This document shows positions 1 through 12,619 of a stretch of DNA of 64,000 bases, piece after piece. The DNA is taken from the NCBI RefSeq assembly GCF_032191835.1, contig NC_083231.1, positions 8,618,001 through 8,682,000 of the forward strand, written 5' to 3'. Positions within the stretch are counted from its first letter, which is position 1, and every line of letters starts with the position of its first letter. The translations under genes were made by a program, and so were the position numbers. Under the pieces are notes generated by a model. That model was not told the origin of the DNA. It did no database searches and worked only from the letters and a program-made list of their open reading frames with translations. The DNA comes from Heteronotia binoei (Eukaryota).

Positions 1-1070
1 TTTTCCGACACATGTATTGACTGTGAAAGGAACGAGCAAACCCTTTAAACGGGAACGTGTATGCCTGTTACGTGGGCAGCGAGAACTGCTGCGCAAGAGG
101 CCCCGTTTTGCAATGTTAAAAAACCTCAAGGATTGATGCTATAAATACATAAAAAGGGACACAAAGAAAGCTCTATCGACAATGACCAAAATGAACAAAC
201 ACCACCCCGCCCCTCCCCCCCCCCCCAAAAATATAACCCAGAGCTCTAAAGTTAACATACATTGCATGGATTTCAGGCAAGGCAGAGGCGTTTCTTTTTA
301 AAGCTTTTGCACAAACTTCATATAATCTTAAAAAAAAAAAAAAAAAGGATGCTGGCCTTTGCAAGGTTCTACGTACTGAAAAACAAAACCAAAAAAACCC
401 CCAAAAGAACAAAACACAAATTCAGTTCGTAAAAAGTCACAAGACTTCAGTTTGAAAAAAATGGAACAGTTCCAGCCATAGACCAAAAATATATATATAT
501 ACATATATATTAAAAAACTGGAAGAGTATGGTAATTAGATTATACAAGCATGGTCAGGCTTGGAACCTGAATATACTTCAGAGCAAATGCTCAGAGGAAA
601 AAAAAAATTATATAGAAACTATTTGGTAACAAAAGCGTACTATATGTTGTGATACAAAAAGGTATGGTGAAAATGTACCTTTTATACTAAAGCGTTCCTT
701 GGTCCATAAAAACTATGTTATGTCCATGTTTGCTAGTTCAACTTTCCCCTCCCCCCCCAACCACTTTTTTATTATTTTTAAACTCATGCCCGTTTTTTAT
801 AAAGACAGCTAAAAATAGAATTTGAATACAGAGTATTCCTTCCCTGTCCCCCCCCCCCAGTTTGTTCTTTCTTTCTTTTTTTAATTTGTGGCTTCTGTTG
901 AGATCAGCACTTACAGGTGATAGAAGTTCAAAGAAGTAGCGAAGAGGCGTTTTTTTTTTCTCCCCCCATGAAACCACAAAAAAATTGTTCCGTTTTATCG
1001 AAGCACTTGAAAGTCATTTAAAAAAAAAAAGAAAAGCAACAACAACAAAGTTCCACGTCGAGAGCAGTGG
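1..1070 (-). other. RBPJ: RBPJ 3' UTR (continues beyond the window edge)
   Basis: Directly follows the stop codon; AT-rich with homopolymer runs, no recognisable transposon, no clear poly(A) site in view. Confidence 0.8.
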
Positions 1071-1412
<342 letters not shown>

Positions 1413-1510
1413 TTAGAAGCCAAGGAGGCGTGTCGTGAAGAAGGGGCAGCTCCAGCTATTTTAAGAATGCGGGGGGAACCTGGAAATCCTGAACCTTAGC
1501 GGTCCAAAGG

Positions 1511-1790
1511 CTTTCCCTATGAAGAAACACTTTCCCCGTGAAGAAAGGTTAAAACGCTTGGGGCTCTTTAGCTTGGAGAAATGTCGACTGCGGGGTGACA
1601 TGATAGAGGTTTACAAGATTATGCATGGGACAGAGAAGGCAGAGAAAGAAGTCCTTTTCTCCCTTTCTCACAATACAAGAACTCGTGGGCATTCAATGAA
1701 ATTGCTGAGCAGTTGGGTTAGAATGAATAAAAGGAAGTCCTTCTTCACCCAAAGGGTGATTAACGCTTGGAATTCTCTGCCACAGGAGGT
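1511..1790 (+). mobile_element. CR1 LINE 3' fragment (host copy; resumes at 2389-2468)
   Basis: EERLKRLGLFSLEK.RLRGDMIEVYKIMHG...TRGHSMKL motif; the sequence resumes after the nested insertion with a GAGGT duplication. Confidence 0.9.
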
Positions 1791-2388
1791 ACATAAGAAC
1801 ATAAGAGAAGCCATGTTGGATCAGGCCAACGGCCCATCAAGTCCAACACTCTGTGTCACACAGTGGCAAAAAATTTTATATACACACATACACTGTGGCT
1901 AATAGCCACTGATGGACCTGTGCTCCATATATTTATCTAAACCCTTCTTGAAGGTGGCTATACTTGTGGCCGCCACCACCTCCTGTGGCAGTGAATTCCA
2001 CATGTTGATCACCCTTTGGGTGAAGAAGTACTTCCTTTTATCCGTTTTAACCTTTCTGCTCAGCAATTTCATCGAATGCCCACGAGTTCTTGTATTGTGA
2101 GAAAGGGAGAAAAGTACTTCTTTCTCTACTTTCTCCATCCCATGCATTATCTTGTAAACCTCTATCATGTCACCCCGCAGTCGACGTTTCTCCAAGCTAA
2201 AGAGTCCCAAGCGTTTCAACCTTTCTTCATAGGGAAAGTGCTCCAGCCCTTTAATCATTCTAGTTGCCCTTCTCTGCACCTTCTCTAATGCTATAATATC
2301 CTTTTTGAGGTGTGGCGACCAGAACTGCACACAGTACTCCAAATGAGACCACACCATTGATTTATACAGGGGCATTATGATACTGGCT
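1791..2388 (-). mobile_element. 5'-truncated CR1 LINE with (TTCTTATG)n tail, nested in another CR1
   Basis: ORF 1899-2459 [35 protein letters not shown]; 3' UTR stem-loop and tail; GAGGT at 1786-1790 and 2389-2393. Confidence 0.92.
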
Positions 2389-2559
2389 GAGGTAGAGGCG
2401 GCTACAAGCATAACCAGCTTCAAGAGGGGATTGGATGAGCATATGGAGCAGAGGTCCATCGGTGGCTATTCTGATCTCTTACAGCCGTTCTGACTATATG
2501 AATTGCTTTGTGTTTTAGAAACTACTGTTAAAATTCAGTAGTCTGCTTGCCAACCCACC

Positions 2560-2743
2560 AGCTTTCATGGCATGCATTGGAACTCTCTGTCTGGGGCAAG
2601 TGATGCTCTGTATTCTGGGTGCTTGGGGGGGCACACAGGGAGGGCTTCTGGTGTCCTGGCCCCACTGATGGCACTGCATGACATAGAATGGTGGCCTGGA
2701 TGGCCTGCTGGCCTGATCCAACATGGCTTCTTTGATGTTCTTA
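2560..2743 (+). mobile_element. CR1 3' UTR fragment
   Basis: Similar to the other CR1 3' ends; ends ...catggcttctttgatgttctta. Confidence 0.8.
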
Positions 2744-2857
2744 AGGCTGAACTCTGCAAGAAGTACAGAGTATTTAAAATGAGCTGATCTGTATAATTTT
2801 TTTAAATGAGTTTATTCTGCCATTTTTATTACACTGCAAACATGATTTTGCTCATTG

Positions 2858-3135
2858 CAGCCCCATAGCTAGGGACTACGTGGGGAGAAGGCCACGGAGG
2901 TGCCACAGGGGAGGGGCCACAGAGTAGGAAGCTGGAGAGTGGAGGGCTCTCTCTCTCCCTCTTGTGTGATTTAAATCACATGGGAGGGGCTTGCAGGAGA
3001 ACCCACCGCCCCTCATGCAAGATTTAAATTTTGCAGGAGAGAGAGGGAAAGGAGTGGCCATGGGATGGGGTGAGGTCTCCCCCCAAACTGTCGGGGACAA
3101 GGCCCCCCTGGGCCCCCCAGTTAGCTATGGGCCTG
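2858..3135. mobile_element. hAT-type MITE
   Basis: TIR cagccccatagcta / tagctatgggcctg; perfect 8-bp TSD GCTCATTG. Confidence 0.85.
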
Positions 3136-3402
3136 GCTCATTGTTGCGGGAGAAAGTAGCTATGCCAGGTGCAGAACTTCTACAGCTAGCCATCTGAGAT
3201 CTTAATCCACCTCCTGAAATTCCAACAGACACGGCCCACAAGAATAGATTTTCAATCCAAAGGGCCAAAAAAATTGTCTTAAAGAAGCTGATCACCAAGA
3301 AAGAGGCTGTGGTTCAGGCAGAAATCTGTGACTTTTTTTGCAATCCCCTGAAACTACTGAAAAGTATGCATTAGGAGGACAGGTCTATCAGTGGCTACTA
3401 GC

Positions 3403-3953
3403 CATAAGAACATAAGAGAAGCCATGTTGGATCAAGTCAATGGCCCATCCAGTCCAACACTCTGTGTCACATAAGAACATAAGAGAAGCCATGTTGGATC
3501 AAGTCAATGGCCCATCCAGTCCAACACTCTGTGTCACATAAGAACATAAGAGAAGCCATGTTGGATCAGGCCAGTGGCCCATCTAGTCCAACACTCTGTG
3601 TCACATAAGAACATAAGAGAAGCCATGCTGGATCAGGCCAATGGCCCATCTAGTCCAACACTCCGTGTCACATAAGAACATAAGAGAAGCCATGTTGGAT
3701 CAGGCCAATGGCTCATCCAGTCCAACACTCTGTGTCACTTAAGAACATAAGAGAAGCCATGTTGGGTTAGGTCAATGGCCCATCCAGTCCAACACTCTGT
3801 GTCACATAAGAGAAGCCATGTTGGATCAGGCCAATGGCTCATCCAGTCCAACACTCTGTGTCACATAAGAACACAAGAGAAGCCATGTTGGGTCAGGTCA
3901 ATGGCCCATCCAGTCCAACACTCTGTGTCACATAAGAACACAGTGGCAAAAAA
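3403..3953 (-). repeat. Tandem array of eight 67-bp (one 59-bp) CR1 3'-end units inserted in an older CR1 3' UTR
   Basis: Unit cataagaacataagagaagccatgttggatcaggccaatggcccatccagtccaacactctgtgtca; starts at 3403, 3470, 3537, 3604, 3671, 3738, 3805, 3864; CCATA duplicated at 3402-3406 and 3954-3958. Confidence 0.95.
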
Positions 3954-4192
3954 CCATAGTGACTGAGGGGAACCTCCACTTTCAGAGGCACTAAACCTCT
4001 GAATCCCAGAGCCAGGAGGCAACATCAGGGGAAGGCTTTGGCCTCTCTGCCCTGTTGCTGGCAACTTTGTGAGACAGGATGCTGGATCACATGCACCATT
4101 ACTCTTCTTATGTTCTGACAGCTTAATCAGGGTTGCAAACTTTCATCAGATTAACGATTGCAGCACTGTGGCCATTTTTAATCGGTGAAAAT

Positions 4193-4360
4193 CAGGGCCG
4201 CCCCTAGTCTGCCTGATGCCATAGGGCAAGGTTAACTTATGGCACCCCCCCTCTGCACCGACAGCGACACTGAGTCCCACAGGGGCACCCAATTTGGCGC
4301 CTCCAGAAGGCTGGCACTCTAGGCAATTGCCTAGTTTGCCAAGTGGAAGAGTCGGTCCTG
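4193..4360. mobile_element. hAT (Tip100/MER45-like) MITE
   Basis: TIR cagggccg / cggtcctg; TSD GTGAAAAT / GTGAGAAT. Confidence 0.8.
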
Positions 4361-4419
4361 GTGAGAATGTCAATTCAGAGACACCTGGTTTTTGGTTATC
4401 GAACAGGTGTTTGGTTCTC

Positions 4420-5870
4420 GTAGAGAGTGGGTGTTAAGCGCCATCACGCTGTTTCTGACCTATAGTGATCCTACGAATTAAGGTTCTCCAAAACATCCTA
4501 TCGTGAGCAGCCTCACACAGGACTTGCGAACAGAGGGCCTTCGTGACTTCCTTGACTGAGTCCATCCATCCATCTTACATCGGGTCTTCCTCTTTTTCCT
4601 CCTCCCTTCCACTTTTCCCAGCACTGTCGTCTTTCCACTGACTCCTGTTGTCTCATAACGTGACCAAAATATGACAGCTTCAGTTTGGTCATTTTGACTT
4701 CTAGGAAGGAGGGCTGCCAGGTCCAATTCGAGAAATATCTGGGGACTTTGGGGGTGGAGCCAGGAGACACTGGGGGCGGAGCCAGAAGCAAGGGTGTGAC
4801 AAGCATAACAACTCCAAAGGGAGCTCTGGCCATCACTTTTAAAGAGACTTTTGAGAGGGACCTTTTAAATACCTTTTATCACTTTTAAATATCACTTTTA
4901 TAGGGACCTTTTAAATACCTTCCCTCCACTGAAAATAATGAAGAATAAGGGCACCTTTTGGGGGGCTCACAGAACTGGACCCCCGGGTCCAATCTTTCTG
5001 AAACTTGGAGGGTGTTTTGAGGAGAGGTACTGGATGCTATCCTGCAAATTTGGTGCCTCTACCTCAAAAACAGCACCCCACCTCCCAAGAGCCCCAGATA
5101 CCAGCAGATCGATTCTCCATTATACCCAATGGGAATCGTTCTCCATAGGGAATAATGGATTGCCCAGCAGATATTCCCCTCCCCCTCCCCTGCTTTCTGA
5201 TGCCCCTGAAGTGGGGGGAGGGTTTTCAAACTGGGAGATCTCCTGCCCCCACCTGGGGACTGAGATCAAAACCGGAAACCACAGTGTATGGATAAGTAAA
5301 CAAAGAAGAAAACACTGTGAAATTAACAAGCTTTAAACAAATGCACGTAATTCTTTTATGCAATCAGTTCATAGGAACTACTCAAAACAACTATCAAACA
5401 TAAATCAAAGTGGCTCAACTGAGCTCAAAGTCCAGCAATTATTTCTTGGAAGTTCCAAAGAAATTCACTTTCGATGCTTTAATTGATTAGGTAACATATC
5501 CTGCTGTCTGTATATTTCGTCTTCTGAGAGACGCAGGTGTATATTCAAATGGTGTAGCGGTAGCAGTTCTCCATTCAACAGGTGCAGCTACACGAGTCCA
5601 AAGTTCTCTTCGTGTTTCATTTGCCACTCCCACTGGCCGCCTGCATTTTTATCAGGCACCCGTGCTAAGGCAACAGCTCACATACAGTGGCTTACATTTC
5701 TTGTTTGCACGAACGGTTCCCTATGAACTGACTGCATAAAAAAACTACGTGCATTTGTTTAAAGCTTGTTTTCTTCTTTGTTTACCCACCTGGGGACTAG
5801 CAACCCTACTAGGAAGAGTTCAGGCTCGATTTGATCTAGAACCCACTGACTTGTCTTTTTAGGGGGCGCC
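4420..5870 (-). mobile_element. RTE/Bov-B LINE 3' fragment split by the hAT element at 4709-5808
   Basis: Joining 5809+ to 4708- reads WVLDQIEPELFLEVKMTKLKLSYFGHVMR...GKVEG...RWMD, a typical RTE ORF C-terminus. Confidence 0.8.
4709..5808. mobile_element. 1.1-kb non-autonomous hAT element
   Basis: Ends gagggctgcc / gcaacccta; perfect 8-bp TSD CTAGGAAG (4701-4708, 5809-5816). Confidence 0.85.
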
Positions 5871-6007
5871 AGGGACAGACTCTCTTCCTCACCGATGGGC
5901 AACTCTTGATTATTAAACGGCGAGTCCTCACATTTTCTTGACTATCACAAAGAGCCACTTACTTTAAGGTTTGCTTAGTAGGTAAGTTAAGCTGAATTTG
6001 ATGGTTA

Positions 6008-6223
<216 letters not shown>

Positions 6224-6551
6224 CTAGGGAAGAAGAAAGGCAGAAGAAAGGCAAGAAAGCGTTATCGCTTGCGATACGGAGAATATACCCAAATGCTACC
6301 TAACACAATCAAAGCGCTTCCCTGTAATTTGCTATGTTCAGCTAGCTGGCATCAATGGAAGAAGTCTGCTGAGTCAACAGCCAGTGAGGTGGAAGTTGTG
6401 CTCAGCAGTCCTTTCATTATCCTCTTTTTTTTTTTTAAGACCACTTAAAAGAATTGATAGCTTCTTCAGACTCCGAGTTAGCCTCAAATCTGCTTACAGA
6501 TGCTAAAATAAGTTTCTGTAACATACCTGGGAAAAACACAACCTCCTTCTG

Positions 6552-6950
6552 GAGAGCCAGTTTGGTGTAGTGGTTAAGCGTGCAGACTCTTATCTGGCAG
6601 AACCGGGTTTGATTCCCCCCTCCTCCACTCGCACCTGCTGGAATGGCCTTGGGTCAGCCATAGCCCTGGCAGAGGTTGTCCTTGAAAGGGCAGATGCTCT
6701 GAGAGCCCTCTCCAGCCCCACCCACCTCACAGGGTGTCTGTTGTGGGGGAGGGAGATAAAGGAGATTGTAGGCCGCTCTGAGCCTCTGTCCTTGAAAGGG
6801 CAGCTGCTGTGAGAGCCCTCTCAGCCCCACCCACCTCACAGGGTGTCTGTTGTGGGGGAGGAAAGGAAAGGAGATTGTGAGCCGCTCTGAGACTCTTCGG
6901 AGTGGAGGGCGGGATAGAAATCCAATATCTTCTCCTCCTCCTCCTCCTTC
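6552..6950 (+). mobile_element. tRNA-derived SINE (Squam3-like) with internal duplication
   Basis: A box TGGTGTAGTGG, B box GGTTTGATTCC, L2-like tail and (CTC/TTC)n end; many copies in the window. Confidence 0.88.
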
Positions 6951-7733
6951 TTCTGTACAAGACTAGGATGCCATTGTATTGACTAAATTAACATACTACC
7001 AAAGGATGCAGACAAATTTTACAGTGTACAGGCAAGTTTTATGAATGCTGGCTGATCCTTATTATATGCTGGAATTTTAAAAGTTAAGAGATAAAATACC
7101 CCCTTTTTGCATTTTATGAATGGTTGTAAACACCTTTCTTTTCTTCAAAGACGAAATGAGGGTGTTTATTGCTTTCACTGGTCTGTAGCTGTGTACTAGG
7201 CCAAAACCCTAAATAAAACCATGCCAAAATATACCCCAGAGATGATATTTCAAAAGCCACAAAATATAGGTGCCCTTTTTACACATTAAATATTTAAAAG
7301 TCCACACCTAAAGATGCATCATGCAAATGCAACGAAAGCATGCTTGCAAATGCATGCATCGTATAGGGACACTCACCTTAAAACTACCATAGTGCTCTGG
7401 ATGGGCATTAAGACCATAAAGATTTGCATTCAAAAATCTCACTCAGCCATGAACTTGGCCCAGGTCTTACCTACCTCCCGGAGCTGTCGTGAAGATGAAA
7501 CGTGTGTACAAGCATACACGACGGTAAGAGAATGGTATTTTGCAGCAATTAAGATTTAACAAAGAAGAAGCAAAACTGGTCAAAGTTCAAGGCCATATGA
7601 AGGACATGCGGCTAAACACCAAGGCAGCATTCCACCAGAGTTGGGAGGGAATGACTGAGAATCACCCAAACCCCTTCTCTGTTCGTCGGAAACAACTTAA
7701 CAGAACCCCCATCAAATAAAAACACAAACTTCA

Positions 7734-8156
<423 letters not shown>

Positions 8157-8339
8157 TCAAGAGTTAGGTTGGTATATTCGGTTAAAGCTATATTGTGCTG
8201 AGGCCAAAGTGCTGTGGTGTTATAGTGGGCTTTTTTTCACATTCTCATTTTCCTTGTTTGTAAGTTTCCTTTCCTTCCTGGGTCGGAGCAGGGTCTATTC
8301 CACCTATGTTTTGTTCCCTCCAGTGGTCAATTTGATATT

Positions 8340-10530
8340 GCATCAATTAATGTCTGGCATAAAAACCTGCAAGGAGCAAAGCACGTGCAGAACAGAAAAT
8401 CCCCCGGGGAAAACAGGAACTTGCAAGCGAGGAAAATGAGAATGTGGAAAAACCCAATGTTAGGCCAAACATGGATTTATTTACATCTCCCAGGTCTTTG
8501 CTTCCCTCCTACAATGGGTGACCTCAATATTGCTGTTTTGCAGCAAAGAAACTTCAGGAACAGAATGGAGAGGGAAACTGCTGAATTACAAATTATTATG
8601 AAACTTGGAATAAACACCTCCCCAGGACTGAACAAGGATATTGGGGTTTTTTTTTATCTCATTACATATACTAAACCCACTTTCACCAGATATAGCTATA
8701 TATTCACGGTATTCCGATGTATTTCTCTTTTAGAATAGTGTATCAGAATAATAATATTTGTATTGACCTACTCAAATAGGGATACTAGCTGTTTATCTCA
8801 TTACATATACTAAACCATCTTCCACTATATTTTAATGCATTCTTTTCTCTAATGGCAAACTAGAATTGCATTTATATGTGTGTTACATGCTTAAATCAAA
8901 CCTCTGAGAAACCTATGCCCTCATTGTTTGAACAACAAAAACATTACAACAGTCTCATGTATTGCGCTTCACACCCAGGATACTTAATGGGTTTAGTACA
9001 TGGACATCAATCTGCTATTCCAACTTAATTGCTGTTGTTTCAGCCCAGTTAACGCTAGCTAACAAACGCCAGACCTCAATTTGTTATTCTTTTAATCTGC
9101 TAAAAACTATTTCCATGACTCTGCATACTAACTCACTGCCCACTTTCTCTATGGCCGTTTTCGCACTAGCGTAGCACCCCATTTACCTCCGGATCTTTTC
9201 CTGGTTTTCGCACCTGTTGCTCCGGCGCTGTGGTTTGCTCCGGCGCTGCAGGGGTTTCACGCCGGAGTATCTTGATCCACCTGCTTCCGGAGTTTTTGAA
9301 AACCTCCGGATCCACTCCACGGAGTTTGCTGTGGGAAATCCATCCACGCCGGATCGACTGCTTTGTGGGCGTCACCCTCTCCCTTTCCGTCCTCCCACCC
9401 CATCCACCCCCTTGGCCAATCATCAGCCCTTCGCGGCGCTTCCCAAAAGTGCCTGCACGGCCATTTTTTTTTTAAAAACTTCATATTTCTTGCGTAATAG
9501 CGATATTATTGCTTTTCCGCTGTTGCGTTATTTCGTTAGGTCCCCGTTGCAGCTGCAAGCGCCAGCCGAGGAGGGGGAAGAGCACGGAGGAAATCCCAGC
9601 TTCGCCACCCGGGAGGGAGCGAGGCTGGGAAGGGAAGAACCTGCCACACACACACACACTAGTGCTGGGAGGCTTAAATGTAAAAGCTTTCTCCAGTTTG
9701 AACAACGTGTAGTGTATCGCCATAACCATTTCATTATGGCGCAACCATTTCATTAGTTCGTTAGGTCGCCGTTGCAGCTGCAAGCGCCAGCCGGGGAAAG
9801 GGCAGAGCGCGGAGGAAATCCCAGCTTCGCCACCCGAGAGGGAGCGAGGCTGGGAAGGGAAGAACCTGCCAAACACACACACACTAGTGCTGGGAGGCTT
9901 AAATGTAAAAGCTTTCTCCAGTTTGAACAACGTGTAGTGTGTCGCCATAACCATTTCATTATGGCGCAACCATTTCGTTATAACGAAATAGCGTTAGTCC
10001 ACGCAGCCAGCGGAGGCGACTGGGGACACCCAGACGACTCCGCGGAGCGCGCTGAGCACCCGCCAATCACCATCAGTGGCGGGAAGTTGACATCCAGATT
10101 CTCCACTGTGAATGCTTCTGTTAACACATAAAGGGCTGTGGAGGATGCTACAGCTGCAGCCAATCCATAAGCAGAAGCGGCACACGTGACGCTCTTGTTA
10201 CGTTGTTACGTAGTTACGCAACCAGACTTGCGCTTTAAAAAAAAATGATTGACAGGGCATCAAACTCAAGTCGATGCTAGTGCGAAAACGATTTGAGCGG
10301 GGGCTTCATGGAAAGTGACTCCACTAAAGAGGCAATGTGCGAAAACGAGAAAAATGATCCGGACATAATTGCGCCGCGGAATAAGGGGAGCAAACGCTAA
10401 GTGCGAAAACGACCTATATTTAGGACCGCTTGCCATTCTGTACTATTGTCTGATGAAGTGTGCTTAGAGCACATTACATTCTGAATAAAACTTTGTTGGT
10501 CTTAAAGGTGCCACTTGACTCTTGCTTTGT
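8340..10530 (+). mobile_element. Penelope-like element 3' part (GIY-YIG C-terminus, UTR, terminal repeat), interrupted at 9153-10414
   Basis: DLNIAVLQQRNFRNRMERETAELQIIMKLGINTSPGLNKDIG resembles a PLE endonuclease end; terminal repeat ctgatgaagtgtgc...aataaaactttgttggtcttaaaggtgccac near 10460-10520. Confidence 0.7.
9153..10414. mobile_element. Non-autonomous DNA transposon, PIF/Harbinger-like, with internal ~225-bp tandem duplication
   Basis: TIR ggccgttttcgcact / agtgcgaaaacgacc; 3-bp TAT on both sides; CpG-rich. Confidence 0.75.
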
Positions 10531-10822
10531 TCTTCCCTCCCACAGCTTCCCCCGAGTCTTTTATCATCTCTTTTCCTCAAAGCCCCGGCTGGAGCAGAAT
10601 AAATTTCCAAGACAGCCTTTTATCACCTGGATCTTTTTCCAGGCATCTCAAGTTTACTGTATTCCAAACGGCACCAGTGTGAAGCTTTACAGCCTTTTTC
10701 TGAAGTCATTCAGAAAAACCTAACAGGAGCTCAACTTTTTCAAAATCAGCCCCACCTACCCTCATGAGAACGAAGCCTGGTTATATGGCGCTGTATGAAC
10801 ACACATCCTGCCCTACCCTTCC

Positions 10823-11178
10823 ATAAGAACATAAGAGAAGCCATGTTGGATCAGGCCAACGGCCCATCAAGTCCAACCCTCTGTGTCACACAGTGGCAAA
10901 AAATTTTATATACACACATACACTGTGGCTAATAGCCACTGATGGACCTGTGCTCCATATTTTTATCTAAACCCCTCTTGAAGGTGGCCATGCTTGTGGC
11001 CGCCACCACCTCCTGTGGCAGTGAATTCCACATGTTAATCACCCTTTGGGTGAAGAAGTACTTCCTTTTATCCGTTTTAACCTTTCTGCTCAGCAATTTC
11101 ATCGAATGCCCACGAGTTCCTGTATTGTGAGAAAGGGAGAAAAGTACTTCTTTCTCTACTTTCTCCATCCCATGCATT
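10823..11178 (-). mobile_element. 5'-truncated CR1 LINE
   Basis: Near-identical to 1791-2150; same tail. Confidence 0.9.
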
Positions 11179-11366
11179 CCCAGCACCAGCAAACCACAGC
11201 CTCCCCTAGGAGCCAGAAGGCACCCAGCCCTGATGTCACGGTTCCTCTAGTGACATCCAGGTAGCTAGAATCCACAGGTAGCCCCTGCAGACTTCATGCA
11301 TTCTGCTCCCTGGCTAAGCACCATTGCACTACAATTCGTTTCGCCTTTGTTGGTCTTAACCGACTA

Positions 11367-11555
<189 letters not shown>

Positions 11556-11924
11556 TTATTTTGCCGTGAACACACATGGATTTAACTTGTTCTGCGCCAG
11601 CACATGCACCTGGATAGAAATAAGTACCCCTAGATGTCTGTGTTAGGACCAGCTAACATACCAGCTAACAAAGAACTTCCACAGGTCTATCACATTCTGC
11701 GCATACGGTGCACTCTGCGATGCTCAAGATGTTTTACATGGTTCACATAATTCACAACAATCCCATAAGGTAGGAAAGGAGGTAGGAGCCTGGGAGAACG
11801 GCAGCTTCTCCAAGACAATCCGGATCTAAACTGGGAGGGCTGCACTGCTCACAGCTCCCTCTCTTCACCTCCACAATGAACTACATTAAACAGTTCAATT
11901 CAATAACTGATGATAATGATGATG

Positions 11925-12182
11925 TTGGATTTATATCCCACCCTTCACTCTGAATCTCAGAGTGGCTTACAATCTCCTCTACTTTCCTCCCACACAATAA
12001 GCACCCTGTGAGGTGGGTGGGGCTGAGAGAGCTCTCACAGAAGCTGCCCTTTCAAGGACAACTCCTGCGAGAGCTATGGCTGACCCAAGGCCATTCCAGC
12101 AGCTGTAAGAGGAGGAGTGAGAAATCAAACTTGGTTCTCCCAGATAAGAGTCCATGCATTTAATCACTACATCAAACTTGCT
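11925..12182 (-). mobile_element. Squam3-like tRNA SINE
   Basis: Similar to 6552-6950; (ATC)n tail. Confidence 0.85.
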
Positions 12183-12540
12183 CTCTGCAACATGGATTTA
12201 GACTTTCAGCCACTGTGTTCTGCTGCTCTCCCCAAGATACTTTATACAGAAGAGATGGGTCAAACTAAACAGAAATTATTTAAATTAGCAGCGGTGGCAA
12301 TGTAAATATCTCCAGTCTGATAGTTCCTGAAGATGAATTACTAGTCAAAACCTGTATATTTTGGTTCACATTAACTAGATAGGTGTTTAATTAGTAATTA
12401 AAAATTTGAAAGTGACACTGAGAAAGACAGCAAGCATGAATAGTGGTTAAGATGTCTTTCTGTACTCCTCTGATTTACAAATTTTTAATAGTTATCTATC
12501 TCAGCTAGGAAGAGAAGGAAGAAAAGAAGACGACAGGTAC

Positions 12541-12577
12541 TGTCTGAGGAAGTGTGCTTGGCACACGAAAGCTCGCA
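12541..12577 (+). ncRNA. Minimal type I hammerhead ribozyme motif in a Penelope terminal repeat
   Basis: tgt-CTGAGGA-a-gtgtgc ttg gcacac-GAAA-gc-TC-gca: complete core, 6-bp stem II, palindromic AGCT stem III, 3-bp stem I. Activity untested. Confidence 0.6.
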
Positions 12578-12619
12578 CCCTAAATAAAACTTTGTTCATC
12601 TTAGAGGTGCCAATGGACT

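Noticed and set aside
3403-3930. CRISPR-like regular array
   Set aside because: No unique spacers; the units are CR1 3' ends in eukaryotic DNA.
4938-5336. Novel 132-aa protein and similar 60-200-aa ORFs (9217-9969, 24393-24824, 57808-58440)
   Set aside because: All lie within MITEs, lack splice or domain support and are open in several frames.
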